A DNA stretch of 64,000 nt from a virus, in IMG/VR virus record IMGVR_UViG_3300030108_003783, positions 32,001 to 96,000 of that record, one strand, 5' to 3'. The notes under the pieces are model-generated. The model ran no database searches. It was not told the origin of the DNA and saw only the letters and a list, made by a program, of their open reading frames with translations. Of this stretch, positions 9,884 to 22,142 are shown piece by piece; within the stretch, counting starts at the first letter, position 1; each line of letters starts with the position of its first letter. Both the position numbers and the translations under genes were made by a program.

Positions 9884-10402
9884 ATGATTACAATGATAGA
9901 AGGCCCACGTAATACGGGCAAAACACACTTATTAAAAGAGTCTGGAATTAAGGTTTATAAATTTCCATTTGCAAAATGGTACGATATACTTGACCTTGGC
10001 AGAGATAAGCTTGCTGCTAATGCTTTTGGCATGGGAAGATTAATGCTGCATGATTTATCTAATAATGGGTATATAGATAATATTATAACTGATAGAAGTA
10101 TAATATCGCCATTAGCTTGGGGTGTAATAGAAGGAAGAGTATCGCAAAAAGAATCTCATACTTTATTGATGCATATGATTCACGAAGGTATTTTAAATGC
10201 AGATGATAAAGTAATCTATGTTACTGGTGATAACCCAAATGGTAGAAGCAGAGGTGATCATTGGGATGATTCTGATTTTGAAATAGAATCTAAAATGTAT
10301 TATCATATAATGGAAACCTTAGATAAGTATCTAGGCAATGTAATAGAATTTGAAAATAAATTTGATAACCTTTCAACAGCATTATTTAAAAAATTATTAT
10401 GA
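9884..10402 (+). CDS. P-loop nucleoside-monophosphate kinase (dTMP/dNMP kinase-like)
   Basis: IEGPRNTGKT P-loop; ITDRS motif. Confidence 0.75.
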   Translation: MITMIEGPRNTGKTHLLKESGIKVYKFPFAKWYDILDLGRDKLAANAFGMGRLMLHDLSNNGYIDNIITDRSIISPLAWGVIEGRVSQKESHTLLMHMIHEGILNADDKVIYVTGDNPNGRSRGDHWDDSDFEIESKMYYHIMETLDKYLGNVIEFENKFDNLSTALFKKLL

Positions 10403-11148
10403 ATTTAATTTATCACCCTTCAATAGCAATAGAAAAATCTAAAGAAAAATTATATTCTTTAGGTCAAGAAGTATTCAGTGGAAAATGGCAATCAGTAGAC
10501 GTAGACCAATCTATGTGGGAATTATTTAATCACACTGTAAAATGTGCAATGCCTCAAACTGTAAAAGAAATGGTCAAAGAAATAAAACCTAATTTACCTT
10601 GGGCTGATGATCACTTTGAAGAAAGAATAGGGGGTAAACCTTTAAACCCACCACCAAGTAATGAATGGTGGCCTTTTGCTCAAAGAGGTAATAAGCAATT
10701 CAAAGCAGATGAAAAATTTTCTCATACTTATCCAGAAAGATTATGGCCACCATACAGAAAAGGTGTTAGATTTAATTATGGTTCTATGAATGATGTAATA
10801 GATTTATTGGAAAGAGAACCTTATACAAGGCAAGCATTTTTGCCAATATGGTACCCTGAAGATACTGGTGCTCATCATAAAGAAAGAGTTCCATGTACAA
10901 TAGGTTATCATTTTATCAGAAGAGATGATTGGTTACATTTATTTTACTTCATTCGTTCTTGTGATATAATAAGGCACTTCAGAGATGATATTTACATGGC
11001 AATGAGAAAAGCTAAATTTGTATTAGATGAATTAAAGAAAAGAAATAAAGAATGGGAAAATGTAAAACTTGGAATATATGATATGAAAATTATTTCATTA
11101 CATTGTTTCTCTAACGAAAAAGGAATATTAAAACAAAAAAATATATAG
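10399..11148 (+). CDS. thymidylate-synthase-family enzyme, probably acting on dCMP
   Basis: TRQA, RVPC (catalytic Cys), RSCD..HFRDD (Asp at the ThyA Asn177 position), SLHCF. Confidence 0.75.
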   Translation: MNLIYHPSIAIEKSKEKLYSLGQEVFSGKWQSVDVDQSMWELFNHTVKCAMPQTVKEMVKEIKPNLPWADDHFEERIGGKPLNPPPSNEWWPFAQRGNKQFKADEKFSHTYPERLWPPYRKGVRFNYGSMNDVIDLLEREPYTRQAFLPIWYPEDTGAHHKERVPCTIGYHFIRRDDWLHLFYFIRSCDIIRHFRDDIYMAMRKAKFVLDELKKRNKEWENVKLGIYDMKIISLHCFSNEKGILKQKNI

Positions 11149-11157
11149 GAGAATAAA

Positions 11158-11595
11158 ATGAAATTTGCAAAAGTAAGAGATGTAAAAACACCAACAAGAG
11201 CTAATCCAACTGATGCTGGAATTGACTTTTTTGTACCAAATGATATGCCAATACATGAAATACGAAAAAACGAAAAAGCTTTAATTCCATCTGGTATAAA
11301 AGTTGATGTTCCTGAAGGTTTCGCTTTAATAGCATTTAATAAATCTGGCGTTGCAACAACTAGAGAATTACAAGTTGGAGCATGCGTAGTAGATTGCGGA
11401 TATCAAGGTGAAGTTCATTTTCATTTATTTAATTATGGCAAAAATACAGTTTATATCAATCCAGGAGATAAAATAGTTCAGTTTGTTTTATTACCATTAG
11501 GAGATCCAATTGTAGAAGAAGTTAAAGAATCTGAATTATATAATTCAATATCTTCAAGAGGAACTGGAGGTTTTGGTTCAACTGGGACAAAATAG
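11158..11595 (+). CDS. dut: trimeric dUTPase
   Basis: AGIDF, KSG, VDCGYQGE, RGTGGFGSTG. Confidence 0.93.
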   Translation: MKFAKVRDVKTPTRANPTDAGIDFFVPNDMPIHEIRKNEKALIPSGIKVDVPEGFALIAFNKSGVATTRELQVGACVVDCGYQGEVHFHLFNYGKNTVYINPGDKIVQFVLLPLGDPIVEEVKESELYNSISSRGTGGFGSTGTK

Positions 11596-11606
11596 TTCTC
11601 AAAAAA

Positions 11607-11638
11607 TTTGGATAAGTCGAAAAAATTTCTTATATTAG
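11607..11638 (+). promoter_or_regulatory. early promoter
   Basis: TTTGGATAAGTC...TATATTAG. Confidence 0.8.
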
Positions 11639-11659
11639 TATATAATAAAAAAGTTACAT

Positions 11660-14095
11660 ATGAAAGTATCAAAAATAACATCAGTATTTAATAAAGGTAA
11701 ATATGATATATATTTATCTGGCTATGACGACAATGGTAAAAATGTAAAGAAAATTGAAAAGTTCGATGATTATTTCTTTTATGAAGCAGAAAACATTTCA
11801 GATATAGATGATTACCCAGGATTAAAATGTATCCCTGATAAAATCTATAAATCTGTTGAAGGTAAAGACTTATTAAAAGTTCATTATACTTCTGTTAAAA
11901 ATAAACATAAATTGCAAAAGAAATTTATCAAACGTACATATGAAGCAGATTTAAAACCTGAATTTAAATATATGCTTGATCAAAAATTGGAGTGGTCTTC
12001 AAAACGTCACTTCATGTATTTGGATATTGAAACATGGTATGATCCAAACGATTCATCTCAAAACAGACCTGAAACACCTAATATGCCAATTACTTCGATT
12101 GTTGCATATTCAAGTGAAGCTGATAAATATTTTGTATTTTCATGGCATCCTGAAAAAACTAAAAAGTTTGATGAACCAAAATTTGTTGACAAAGAAAACG
12201 TAACATACGTATTTTGTAAAACGGAACAAGAAGTATTATTAGGTTTTATAAACTTGATTAAAACAAGCAATCCAGATATTCTTTCTGGTTGGTATTCGTC
12301 AGGTTATGATATGCCTTATATATTAAATCGTTCTAAAAGATTAAATATTCCTATTGAAGAGATATCTGTTGTAAAAGATTATTACATCAGAAAGCGTGGT
12401 GATTATTGGAAATTTCAAATAAAAGGTTTAGACCATATAGATATGATGGAAGCTTTACAAGATTTAAAATATAATTTACCAAACTGGAAATTAGCAACAG
12501 CAGCTAAAGTTATTTTAAAAGATGAAGAATTTGGAAAGCTTACTGATACTACTTGGAAGAATTGGATTGATGATTACGAAGGCTTCTTAAAATATGCTGT
12601 TAGGGATGTTGAAATTTTAAAAGAAATAAATGAAAAAGTTCAAGTATTTGATTTATATATTTCAATGCAACAAATTGCAAACCTTGAAACATTAAATTTA
12701 GTATTCTTTAAATCAATGCTAATTGATAATTACATGTGCAAGGAATTTCATAATGAAACTATATTCCCAACAAGATATACTAAAAAGCGTAGAGACTATC
12801 AAGGTGCTATTGTTATTGAACCAACTGAACCGGGTTTAAATGAAAATGTAACTGTTATGGATTATACTTCACTATATCCAACAACTGTAATGGCATTTAA
12901 CATTTCACCTGAAACTTTTATATGCTCTCAAGAACAGTGCGAAAAAGCTGGTATGGATATCGAAGATGTAGTCAAGCAATTGAAAGCTGATAATATAGAT
13001 TACGTAGATACTGGATATTCTAAGGATCTTTTCGGAAGGAGGTATTTGTTTTATGGTCATACTCACAAAGTTGGTATTCTACCTCAAATACTTAAAAAGG
13101 TATTTGTACAAAGGGTTGAAATTAACCGGGCATTAAATGCAGGTGAAATTCCAGATGATCAATATGAAGCAATGCATAAAAGACAATGGTCATATAAAAT
13201 TATTATGAACAGTGCTTATGGTGCAATGGGATATTCACTTTTCAGAATGTGTTTATTTGAATGTGCTGATTCAACTACTTATTTTGCAAGGCAAGCTTTA
13301 AAATTTGGTTTAGTACATTTTAATAATAAAGGTCATAAACCGTTATATGCTGATACTGATTCTGTATTTATTAAATCTAATGGCAAAGATGAAAATGGTA
13401 TGAAAGGTATGCAAAAAGAATATAATGATTCTTTATATAATAATTTCGTTAAAAAGCATAATACAGGTCCAGTTAAAGATTACATGTTTTTAGATTTAAA
13501 ATTTGAATATTATCTTGATAGAATATACTTCGGTGATGTAAAGAAAAGATATTATGGTATTGTAAAAGGTTCTGGTAAAAAGGTTATTAGGGGTATGAAT
13601 ATTATTCGTAAAGAAACACCAGAGTATTTAAAGAAAAGGTTAAATGATATGGCTGAGTTAGCTGTTACTAATAAGTTAACATTGGATTGGGTATTAGATT
13701 TACGTAAAGAAGTTGAATCCCAGCCATATCAAAAAATAGGTATGGCCAAAGGCTTTGGTAAACCTTTTAATACTTATACTAAAACAATGCCTCAACATGT
13801 AAAAGCTGCTGTTTGGGCTAATGAAATATTAGGTACAGAATTAACAAATTTAGATAATCCATATTTATTTTATGTAAAATCTAAAATCGAAGATGATAAA
13901 AAAGTTAAAGAAAGGCATAAAGCTATTTGTATTAATGAAGATGATTTACATTTAATTGATACTAATAAAGATAAATTTGAAATTGATTACGATACTTTAT
14001 TTTATAAGCAATGTATTGTTCCTATTGAAGAATTTAAACAAATGCCATATATAGTAGATTTACTTGAAAAATATAATGAAACTATCAAGTCTTAA
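11660..14095 (+). CDS. family B DNA polymerase
   Basis: ExoI DIET, DYTSLYP, KIIMNSAYG, YADTDS, KKRY. Confidence 0.95.
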   Translation: MKVSKITSVFNKGKYDIYLSGYDDNGKNVKKIEKFDDYFFYEAENISDIDDYPGLKCIPDKIYKSVEGKDLLKVHYTSVKNKHKLQKKFIKRTYEADLKPEFKYMLDQKLEWSSKRHFMYLDIETWYDPNDSSQNRPETPNMPITSIVAYSSEADKYFVFSWHPEKTKKFDEPKFVDKENVTYVFCKTEQEVLLGFINLIKTSNPDILSGWYSSGYDMPYILNRSKRLNIPIEEISVVKDYYIRKRGDYWKFQIKGLDHIDMMEALQDLKYNLPNWKLATAAKVILKDEEFGKLTDTTWKNWIDDYEGFLKYAVRDVEILKEINEKVQVFDLYISMQQIANLETLNLVFFKSMLIDNYMCKEFHNETIFPTRYTKKRRDYQGAIVIEPTEPGLNENVTVMDYTSLYPTTVMAFNISPETFICSQEQCEKAGMDIEDVVKQLKADNIDYVDTGYSKDLFGRRYLFYGHTHKVGILPQILKKVFVQRVEINRALNAGEIPDDQYEAMHKRQWSYKIIMNSAYGAMGYSLFRMCLFECADSTTYFARQALKFGLVHFNNKGHKPLYADTDSVFIKSNGKDENGMKGMQKEYNDSLYNNFVKKHNTGPVKDYMFLDLKFEYYLDRIYFGDVKKRYYGIVKGSGKKVIRGMNIIRKETPEYLKKRLNDMAELAVTNKLTLDWVLDLRKEVESQPYQKIGMAKGFGKPFNTYTKTMPQHVKAAVWANEILGTELTNLDNPYLFYVKSKIEDDKKVKERHKAICINEDDLHLIDTNKDKFEIDYDTLFYKQCIVPIEEFKQMPYIVDLLEKYNETIKS

Positions 14096-14156
14096 ATCGA
14101 AACTATATATTTATATTATACAAAATAAGTTATAAAATTAATAAATGGAGGTTAAC

Positions 14157-16062
<1,906 letters not shown>

Positions 16063-16064
16063 CT

Positions 16065-16295
16065 ATGGAAAATAAACAAAATATCAATATCAACCCAGAA
16101 GACTTAACAGATGTTGTTTGCGATGAATGCGGAGGTCAAGTATTTGTACCAGCATTTTTATTTAAAAAGATCTCTGCAGTTTTATCACCTAATGGTAAAG
16201 CTTCTATGATACCATTAAACGTTTTTAAATGTGATCATTGTGGTCATATAAATAAAGATTTTATACCTAATCAAGGTGGAAAAAAAGTCTTATAA
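16065..16295 (+). CDS. zinc-ribbon protein
   Basis: CDECG...CDHCG. Confidence 0.7.
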   Translation: MENKQNININPEDLTDVVCDECGGQVFVPAFLFKKISAVLSPNGKASMIPLNVFKCDHCGHINKDFIPNQGGKKVL

Positions 16296-16327
16296 TTTGG
16301 ATAAGTCCAAAAAATTTGTTATATTAT
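16296..16327 (+). promoter_or_regulatory. early promoter; leaderless
   Basis: TTTGGATAAGTC...TATATTAT, ATG 3 nt later. Confidence 0.8.
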
Positions 16328-16330
16328 AAT

Positions 16331-16546
16331 ATGAAAGAAATACAGCACAAACATCCAGACCATTATAATAAAGGCGAAATAGAAGTATGGGACTTTATAG
16401 CTGATCAAAAATTAGATTTCTTTGAAGGAAATATAGTAAAATATATTTGCAGATGGAAAACTAAAAATGGATATAAAGATTTATTAAAAGTAAAAGAATA
16501 CATAGATAAATACTTAGAAGTCGTATCAAAAGACTATGAACTTTAA
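16331..16546 (+). CDS. DUF3310-like protein
   Basis: HPDHY..GEIEVWDFI...FFEGNIVKYICRW..KNG.KDL.K; start moved to ATG 16331. Confidence 0.8.
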   Translation: MKEIQHKHPDHYNKGEIEVWDFIADQKLDFFEGNIVKYICRWKTKNGYKDLLKVKEYIDKYLEVVSKDYEL

Positions 16547-17486
16547 TATATTAAATATAAAAGATCCACTGGCAATGTCACGTGAAGCAAAGAAGCTTGG
16601 GAAAAAGATGATATCTAATTCTCAAATAAAAACTTATTCACAGTGTCCTCACAAATGGAGAACTATGTATATAGATGGGAATAAAGAATATCAACAATCT
16701 TTATTCTTTACATTTGGTACAGCTATGCATGAAACATTGCAACACTTTTTGCATGTAATGTATACTCAAACTGCTAAAGCTGCTGAATCTTTAGATCTTC
16801 CTAAAATGTTAAAGGAAGAAATGACTAAAGCTTATAAGATGGGTTTGAAAAGAAATAAAGGCGAACACTTCACAAATAAGTTTGACCTTGAAGATATATA
16901 CAAAGAAGGTGTAAAAATATTAGAATTTTTTATTAGAAAAAGAGGAGCTTATTTTTCAAAAAAGAATTGTGAGCTTTTAGGTATTGAAGTTCCTATATTT
17001 GTAGAATCTGATTGCAATCCCAATATATTAATAGGTGGTTTTCTAGATGTCGTTATGAAAGAGCACGATAAAATTAAAATATACGATATTAAAACTTCAT
17101 ATAAAACTTGGGATAAGAAAAAGAAAAAGGACAGTTCTTTCCAATTAAGATTATATAAAAAATACTTTTCAAAGCAATATGATATACCAGAAGAAGATAT
17201 TGATATAGAATATTTTATTGTAAAAAGAACCATATATGAAAATTCAGATTTTCCTCAAAGCAGAATACAACAATTTTCACCTTCATCTGGTAAACCAACT
17301 ATGAATAAAACAGCTGCAATAGTTGACGATTTTATTTTGGGAGTATTTAATGAAGATGGTTCATATAATACAGATAGAGAATATAAAGCCCTTTCTGGTG
17401 TCAAAGGTAGAAATTGCAAATATTGCCCATTTAAAACTGATTATATTAACTGCCCAAAAGAAAATAGAATAAAAACAATAATGTAA
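16536..17486 (+). CDS. PD-(D/E)XK exonuclease (Cas4/RecB-like)
   Basis: SQIKTYSQCP, FGTAMHE, GFLD...IYDIKT, QLRLY, CKYCPFK...CP. Confidence 0.85.
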   Translation: MNFNILNIKDPLAMSREAKKLGKKMISNSQIKTYSQCPHKWRTMYIDGNKEYQQSLFFTFGTAMHETLQHFLHVMYTQTAKAAESLDLPKMLKEEMTKAYKMGLKRNKGEHFTNKFDLEDIYKEGVKILEFFIRKRGAYFSKKNCELLGIEVPIFVESDCNPNILIGGFLDVVMKEHDKIKIYDIKTSYKTWDKKKKKDSSFQLRLYKKYFSKQYDIPEEDIDIEYFIVKRTIYENSDFPQSRIQQFSPSSGKPTMNKTAAIVDDFILGVFNEDGSYNTDREYKALSGVKGRNCKYCPFKTDYINCPKENRIKTIM

Positions 17487-17518
17487 TTTGGATATGTCGT
17501 AAAAATTTGTTATATTAA
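17487..17518 (+). promoter_or_regulatory. early promoter; leaderless
   Basis: TTTGGATATGTC...TATATTAA, ATG 4 nt later. Confidence 0.8.
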
Positions 17519-17522
17519 TATC

Positions 17523-17930
17523 ATGAAACAAAAAATAGGCATAATAGGAAGTAGAGAATACTCTAATAAAAGAAAGATAAAAGATACTATATTCAAATTA
17601 AAAAACAAGTTTGGTGAAAACGTTGAAATAGTATCTGGAGGTTGTCCTCATGGAGCTGACAAATATGCAAAGAAATATGCTCTAGATTTTGAATTAAAAT
17701 ACAGGGAATTCAACCCAGCTCATACAGTTCAAAATTTATATTCAGCTATGCATGAAAATTATTATGGAAAAGAATATACTCCAAAACATTTTTTCCATAG
17801 AAATAAATTACTTGCAAAATACGTAGATTATATAATAGCTTTTATACCAAAAGATGCTCCATCTAATGGTACAATAGATACAGTTAAACATGCTAAAAAA
17901 TTAGGAAAAAAAGTTGTCGTAATTACCTAG
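17523..17930 (+). CDS. SLOG/DprA-like protein (YspA/DUF2493-like)
   Basis: IGIIGSR, IVSGGCPHGAD, RNKLLA, SNGT. Confidence 0.8.
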   Translation: MKQKIGIIGSREYSNKRKIKDTIFKLKNKFGENVEIVSGGCPHGADKYAKKYALDFELKYREFNPAHTVQNLYSAMHENYYGKEYTPKHFFHRNKLLAKYVDYIIAFIPKDAPSNGTIDTVKHAKKLGKKVVVIT

Positions 17931-17972
17931 TTTAAATATATATCTATATATTTATATACGAAGGAAATGGTT

Positions 17973-18146
17973 ATGAAATGTCGAGAAACAAAATTAACAT
18001 CTGTAAATGTCAATGACAATATAAGGAAAGAATTCAAGAAAATTGCAATTGATGAAGATATTACTTTTCAAAAGTTAGTAAATATAGCTTTGGAATTGTA
18101 TACAAAAGATGAGCAGTTTAGAAAGACTATAAATAAAAGGAGATAG
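17973..18146 (+). CDS. ribbon-helix-helix-like protein, 57 aa (not in ORF track)
   Basis: MKCRETKLTSVNVNDNIRKEFKKIAIDEDITFQKLVNIALELY...; AAGGA upstream; first gene of the glycosylation operon. Confidence 0.7.
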   Translation: MKCRETKLTSVNVNDNIRKEFKKIAIDEDITFQKLVNIALELYTKDEQFRKTINKRR

Positions 18147-18151
18147 GTTAT

Positions 18152-19588
18152 ATGCAATTACCCAAGCTAAGCAGAGTTGTCAAAAGAAAGAAAAAAAAGA
18201 TTTTGCTATTATCTGATGATATGAGACTAAAGTCTGGCGTTGGAACAATGTCAAAAGAAATAATAAGAGGTACAGTAGATAAGTATGACTGGGTTCAAAT
18301 CGGAGGAGCACTCAATCACCCAGATGCAAACAAAGGCTTTTTTGATATATCTCAAGATGTAAAAAAGATGAGCGGAGTAGATGATGCAAGTGTAAAGATT
18401 TTACCAGTTGCTGGTTATGGTGATCCTCATGTCTTAAGAAATGTAATTAAACATGAAAAACCAGATGCAATTGTACATTTTACAGACCCAAGATTTTGGG
18501 GGTGGTTGTATAATATGGAACACGAAATAAGACAAAACATTCCAATTGGATATTTAAATATTTGGGACGATTTACCATTCCCTCATTGGAATGAAAATGC
18601 CTATGAATCATGCGATTTATTAATGGCTATTTCTAAACAAACTTATAATATAAATAAAAATGTTTGTCAAAGAAAACCAAGAACTAATTGGGACTTAACA
18701 TACGTTCAGCATGGTATAGATGAAAATATATTTAAACCGATAGACAAAACTGATCCAGAGTTTATAAAATTCAAAAGCGATATTTGTAAAAACAAGGAAT
18801 ACGACTTCATAGCATTTTTTAATTCTAGAAATATTAGAAGAAAATGCCCATCTGATTTAATTTTAGCTTTTTCAAAATTTTGTGATATGCTTCCAAAAGA
18901 AAAATCTGAAAAATGTTTACTCTTAATGCATACAGACCCAGTTGATCCTAATGGTACAGATTTACCAGCAGTAGCATCAGCTCTATGTAAAAATGCAGAA
19001 GTAAAATTTAGTGCACAAAAATTAGACGAAAAGAATTTAAATTTTATGTATAATTTAGTCGATTTATGTTGCAATCCATCTTCAGCTGAAGGTTTCGGTT
19101 TATCTCATATGGAAGCAATGATGTCAGGTACACCAACTATAGCAACTGTATTAGGAGGTTTACAAGATCAAATGGGATTCAAAATAGACGGAGAAGAGTT
19201 TAACGTTGACCACTTGACTTCGGAAATACCAAGTAATTCAACTGGAGAGTTATCAACTGATCACGGTTCTTGGACTTTACCATTATGGCCTCAAATGAAT
19301 TTGCAAGGTTCACCAGCAACACCTTACATTTATGATTCAAGAGCAAGTGTTAGTCAAATTGCAAATCAATTAAAAGTTTGGTATGACAGAGGAAATGATG
19401 ATAGAGAGAAAAGAGGATTAGAAGGAAGGAACTGGGCAATAGAAAATGGTTTTAATAATAAAGGTATGTGCAAAGCTTTCATCGATTCTATGGAGGGTTT
19501 ATTTGAAAATTGGAAACCAAGAGAAAGATTTACTTTAGAAAAAGTTGAAGAAAGTAAATGCATATATCCACAGGGAGAGTTAATATGA
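18152..19588 (+). CDS. GT-B (GT4-like) glycosyltransferase
   Basis: SGVG, QHGID, RNIRRK, SSAEGFGLSHMEAM. Confidence 0.88.
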   Translation: MQLPKLSRVVKRKKKKILLLSDDMRLKSGVGTMSKEIIRGTVDKYDWVQIGGALNHPDANKGFFDISQDVKKMSGVDDASVKILPVAGYGDPHVLRNVIKHEKPDAIVHFTDPRFWGWLYNMEHEIRQNIPIGYLNIWDDLPFPHWNENAYESCDLLMAISKQTYNINKNVCQRKPRTNWDLTYVQHGIDENIFKPIDKTDPEFIKFKSDICKNKEYDFIAFFNSRNIRRKCPSDLILAFSKFCDMLPKEKSEKCLLLMHTDPVDPNGTDLPAVASALCKNAEVKFSAQKLDEKNLNFMYNLVDLCCNPSSAEGFGLSHMEAMMSGTPTIATVLGGLQDQMGFKIDGEEFNVDHLTSEIPSNSTGELSTDHGSWTLPLWPQMNLQGSPATPYIYDSRASVSQIANQLKVWYDRGNDDREKRGLEGRNWAIENGFNNKGMCKAFIDSMEGLFENWKPRERFTLEKVEESKCIYPQGELI

Positions 19589-20844
19589 GAAAGATATATA
19601 TAAGTTGTCCTGCAACATCTAGATCTGGTTATGGCGACCATTCAAGAGATTTAATTAGAAGTTTTATAGAAATAGATAATTCTCAAGTTACTATCATTGA
19701 TCAGAAATGGGGCGATTGTCCTCAAAACGCTTTAACAGCAAAAGATATAGATATCTCATCTAGGATATCACAAGATGGTAAGATTAAAGAAAAGCCTGAT
19801 ATTTGGGTTCAAATAACTGTACCAAATGAATTTCAACCCATAGGAAAATTTAATATAGGTATAACTGCTGGAATGGAAACAACAATGGTTTCACCAGAAT
19901 GGATAGATGGTATGAATAAAATGGACTTAAATATAGTTCCATCTAAACATTCAAAAGCAGTATTTGAAAATACAGTTTACGATAAGCATGATAAAAGAAC
20001 GAATCAAAAAGTTGGCACTTTAAAAGTTGAAAAACCTATAGAAGTAGTATTTGAAGGATCAGACTTAGAAGTTTATAAGAAAACTCAAGATATACCTGAA
20101 ACTATTAAAAAAGCTTTTTCAAACGTAAAAGAAGACTTTTGCTTCCTAACAGTTGGGCACTGGTTGCAAGGAGACTTTGGTCACGATAGAAAAGATCTCG
20201 GAACCACTATAAGATTATTCTGTGAAACATTTAAAAAGAAAGGTAATAAAAAGCCAGCATTAATTTTAAAAACTTCAGCAGCAGGTTTTTCAATAACTGA
20301 TAAAGAAGAAATGAAAAGGAAAATAAATGCAGTTTTAAAAGCTTGCAATTATTCTTGCAATGTTTATTTATTACACGGAGATCTAACTGACGAGGAAATG
20401 AATGGTTTATATAATCATCCTAAAGTAAAAGCAATGCTATCAATGACTCATGGTGAAGGGTATGGTAGACCATTACAAGAATTTTCAATAACTGGAAAAC
20501 CTACGATTGCTTCTAATTGGTCTGGCCAAACAGATTTTCTTTCAGAATACGGTTTGATGTTAGCTGGAGAATTAAAACAAGTTCATCAATCTGCAGTTTG
20601 GGATAAAGTTATATTAAAAGAATCTAAATGGTTTTATGCTGATATAAATTATACTTCAGCTGTTATTAGCGATGTATTTAAAAATTATAAAAAGCATTTA
20701 GAAAGAACTAGAAAACAAACTAAATACATAAAAGATAACTTTTCTTTAGCTGCAATGAATGATAAATTAAAAGAAGTTATTGAAAGAAATTATAATATAC
20801 CAGAAAAGGTTGAATTGAATTTACCAAAATTGGAGAAAATATAA
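19585..20844 (+). CDS. GT-B (GT4-like) glycosyltransferase
   Basis: SRSGYG, DRKD, HGEGYGRPLQEF; start probably ATG 19585. Confidence 0.85.
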   Translation: MRKIYISCPATSRSGYGDHSRDLIRSFIEIDNSQVTIIDQKWGDCPQNALTAKDIDISSRISQDGKIKEKPDIWVQITVPNEFQPIGKFNIGITAGMETTMVSPEWIDGMNKMDLNIVPSKHSKAVFENTVYDKHDKRTNQKVGTLKVEKPIEVVFEGSDLEVYKKTQDIPETIKKAFSNVKEDFCFLTVGHWLQGDFGHDRKDLGTTIRLFCETFKKKGNKKPALILKTSAAGFSITDKEEMKRKINAVLKACNYSCNVYLLHGDLTDEEMNGLYNHPKVKAMLSMTHGEGYGRPLQEFSITGKPTIASNWSGQTDFLSEYGLMLAGELKQVHQSAVWDKVILKESKWFYADINYTSAVISDVFKNYKKHLERTRKQTKYIKDNFSLAAMNDKLKEVIERNYNIPEKVELNLPKLEKI

Positions 20845-21284
20845 TGAAAAAAGAAAACGAATGGATTAAAAGTCCAATAACAAATAGAGAAGAAGTTTTA
20901 ATGCACGAAGATCCAGCTGATGGAATTAGCAAAATGTGTATTGGTAGCGGTTTCTATACAAATGAAAACCCTTTAAATTATAAAAAGAATCCAGATTTTG
21001 ATATAGAAAAGTATGAATCTAAAATGCCAACTATATTGAAAGAGTTAAGATTTGATGATGGGGAATCTTATTGGTACCCATGCACAATATCTACAGCAAC
21101 AGCAATAGTATTTCCAGCTGGAACAAAGGAAGATTGGAAATGGTGCTATGCTGAGATAAAAGACCTTGAAGATCAAGTTGGAGATTATACAAGAAAATTA
21201 GATATTGAATCTGCTCAATACTTTGATAGATTTATTGAAGCAAGTAAACAAATAAATGGGTACAATTTAGATGAATTATCTTAA
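20844..21284 (+). CDS. hypothetical protein
   Basis: 146 aa, coupled start/stop. Confidence 0.75.
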   Translation: MKKENEWIKSPITNREEVLMHEDPADGISKMCIGSGFYTNENPLNYKKNPDFDIEKYESKMPTILKELRFDDGESYWYPCTISTATAIVFPAGTKEDWKWCYAEIKDLEDQVGDYTRKLDIESAQYFDRFIEASKQINGYNLDELS

Positions 21285-21708
21285 CGAACATAGATATAAA
21301 TCTGAAGGTTTGCAAAGAGTCTCAACTTCGGGATTAGAAAAGGGTATGATAGTTTCTTGTAGATACACTAATAAAAAGGGAAGATCAAAGTCTCTTTTCA
21401 TATTAATTTTGAATCCTGGTTATGAAGGAAAAGTTCATGCAATAACCTTAGAAAAATTTTCACCTAAAGATTTAAATGGCTTAGCTGGTAAAGTTGGCGT
21501 TAGATTAATACCAAAATTTAGTGTAAGAGGTTTGAATTTCCCTAAGCTTGAAATGATCCAATCGTCTAGAAGATTTTATGGATCATTTTTAAGAAATATA
21601 AGAGATAAGTACGATGATTGTTATAGAACATATTTTACTAATAAACTTACAACAACATTCGTAGTAGATTATAAATTTGACGAAGATATAGAAAAGTTTT
21701 TACAATGA
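21271..21708 (+). CDS. hypothetical protein
   Basis: 145 aa, coupled in the operon. Confidence 0.75.
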   Translation: MNYLNEHRYKSEGLQRVSTSGLEKGMIVSCRYTNKKGRSKSLFILILNPGYEGKVHAITLEKFSPKDLNGLAGKVGVRLIPKFSVRGLNFPKLEMIQSSRRFYGSFLRNIRDKYDDCYRTYFTNKLTTTFVVDYKFDEDIEKFLQ

Positions 21709-22142
21709 ATAAAATTATTACAGGTTTCACAGCAGGGAATTTTGATTTATTACATCCTGGATATATAATTACATTTGAGGAAGCAAAAAGGCATTGTGAT
21801 AGGTTTTTAGTTTTTTTACAAGATGATCCATCATTACATAGAAAATCAAAATATAAACCAGTTATACCATTGTACGATAGATACAGAGCTTTAATGTCTA
21901 TAAAATATATAGATGGAGTTTACACTTATCAGACTGAAGAAGAGTTATACGAGCTTATAAAGTTTTGGAAACCAGAAATAAGAATACTTGGTGAAGATTA
22001 TATTGGGAAACCTTTTACTGGTGATGACTTACCACCAAAGGTTATTTATACTTCAAGGTCTCATAAGTGGTCAACAACTAAATTAAAAGATTTGATAACT
22101 AGACAAACTATCAAACAAAACCCGGAGATATTTAAAAAATGA
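21705..22142 (+). CDS. cytidylyltransferase (TagD/RfaE-II-like)
   Basis: GNFDLLHPGY (HxGH-type), GEDY, STTKL. Confidence 0.85.
   Translation: MNKIITGFTAGNFDLLHPGYIITFEEAKRHCDRFLVFLQDDPSLHRKSKYKPVIPLYDRYRALMSIKYIDGVYTYQTEEELYELIKFWKPEIRILGEDYIGKPFTGDDLPPKVIYTSRSHKWSTTKLKDLITRQTIKQNPEIFKK

Noticed and set aside
6053-14095. Inteins, introns or stop-codon reassignment in helicase, RNR or polymerase
   Set aside because: The proteins have normal lengths and contiguous motifs; TAA, TAG and TGA all end genes at sensible boundaries.
16536-17486. Cas4-like nuclease as a sign of CRISPR-Cas
   Set aside because: No repeat-spacer array or other cas genes seen; stand-alone PD-(D/E)XK exonucleases are common in phage replication modules.
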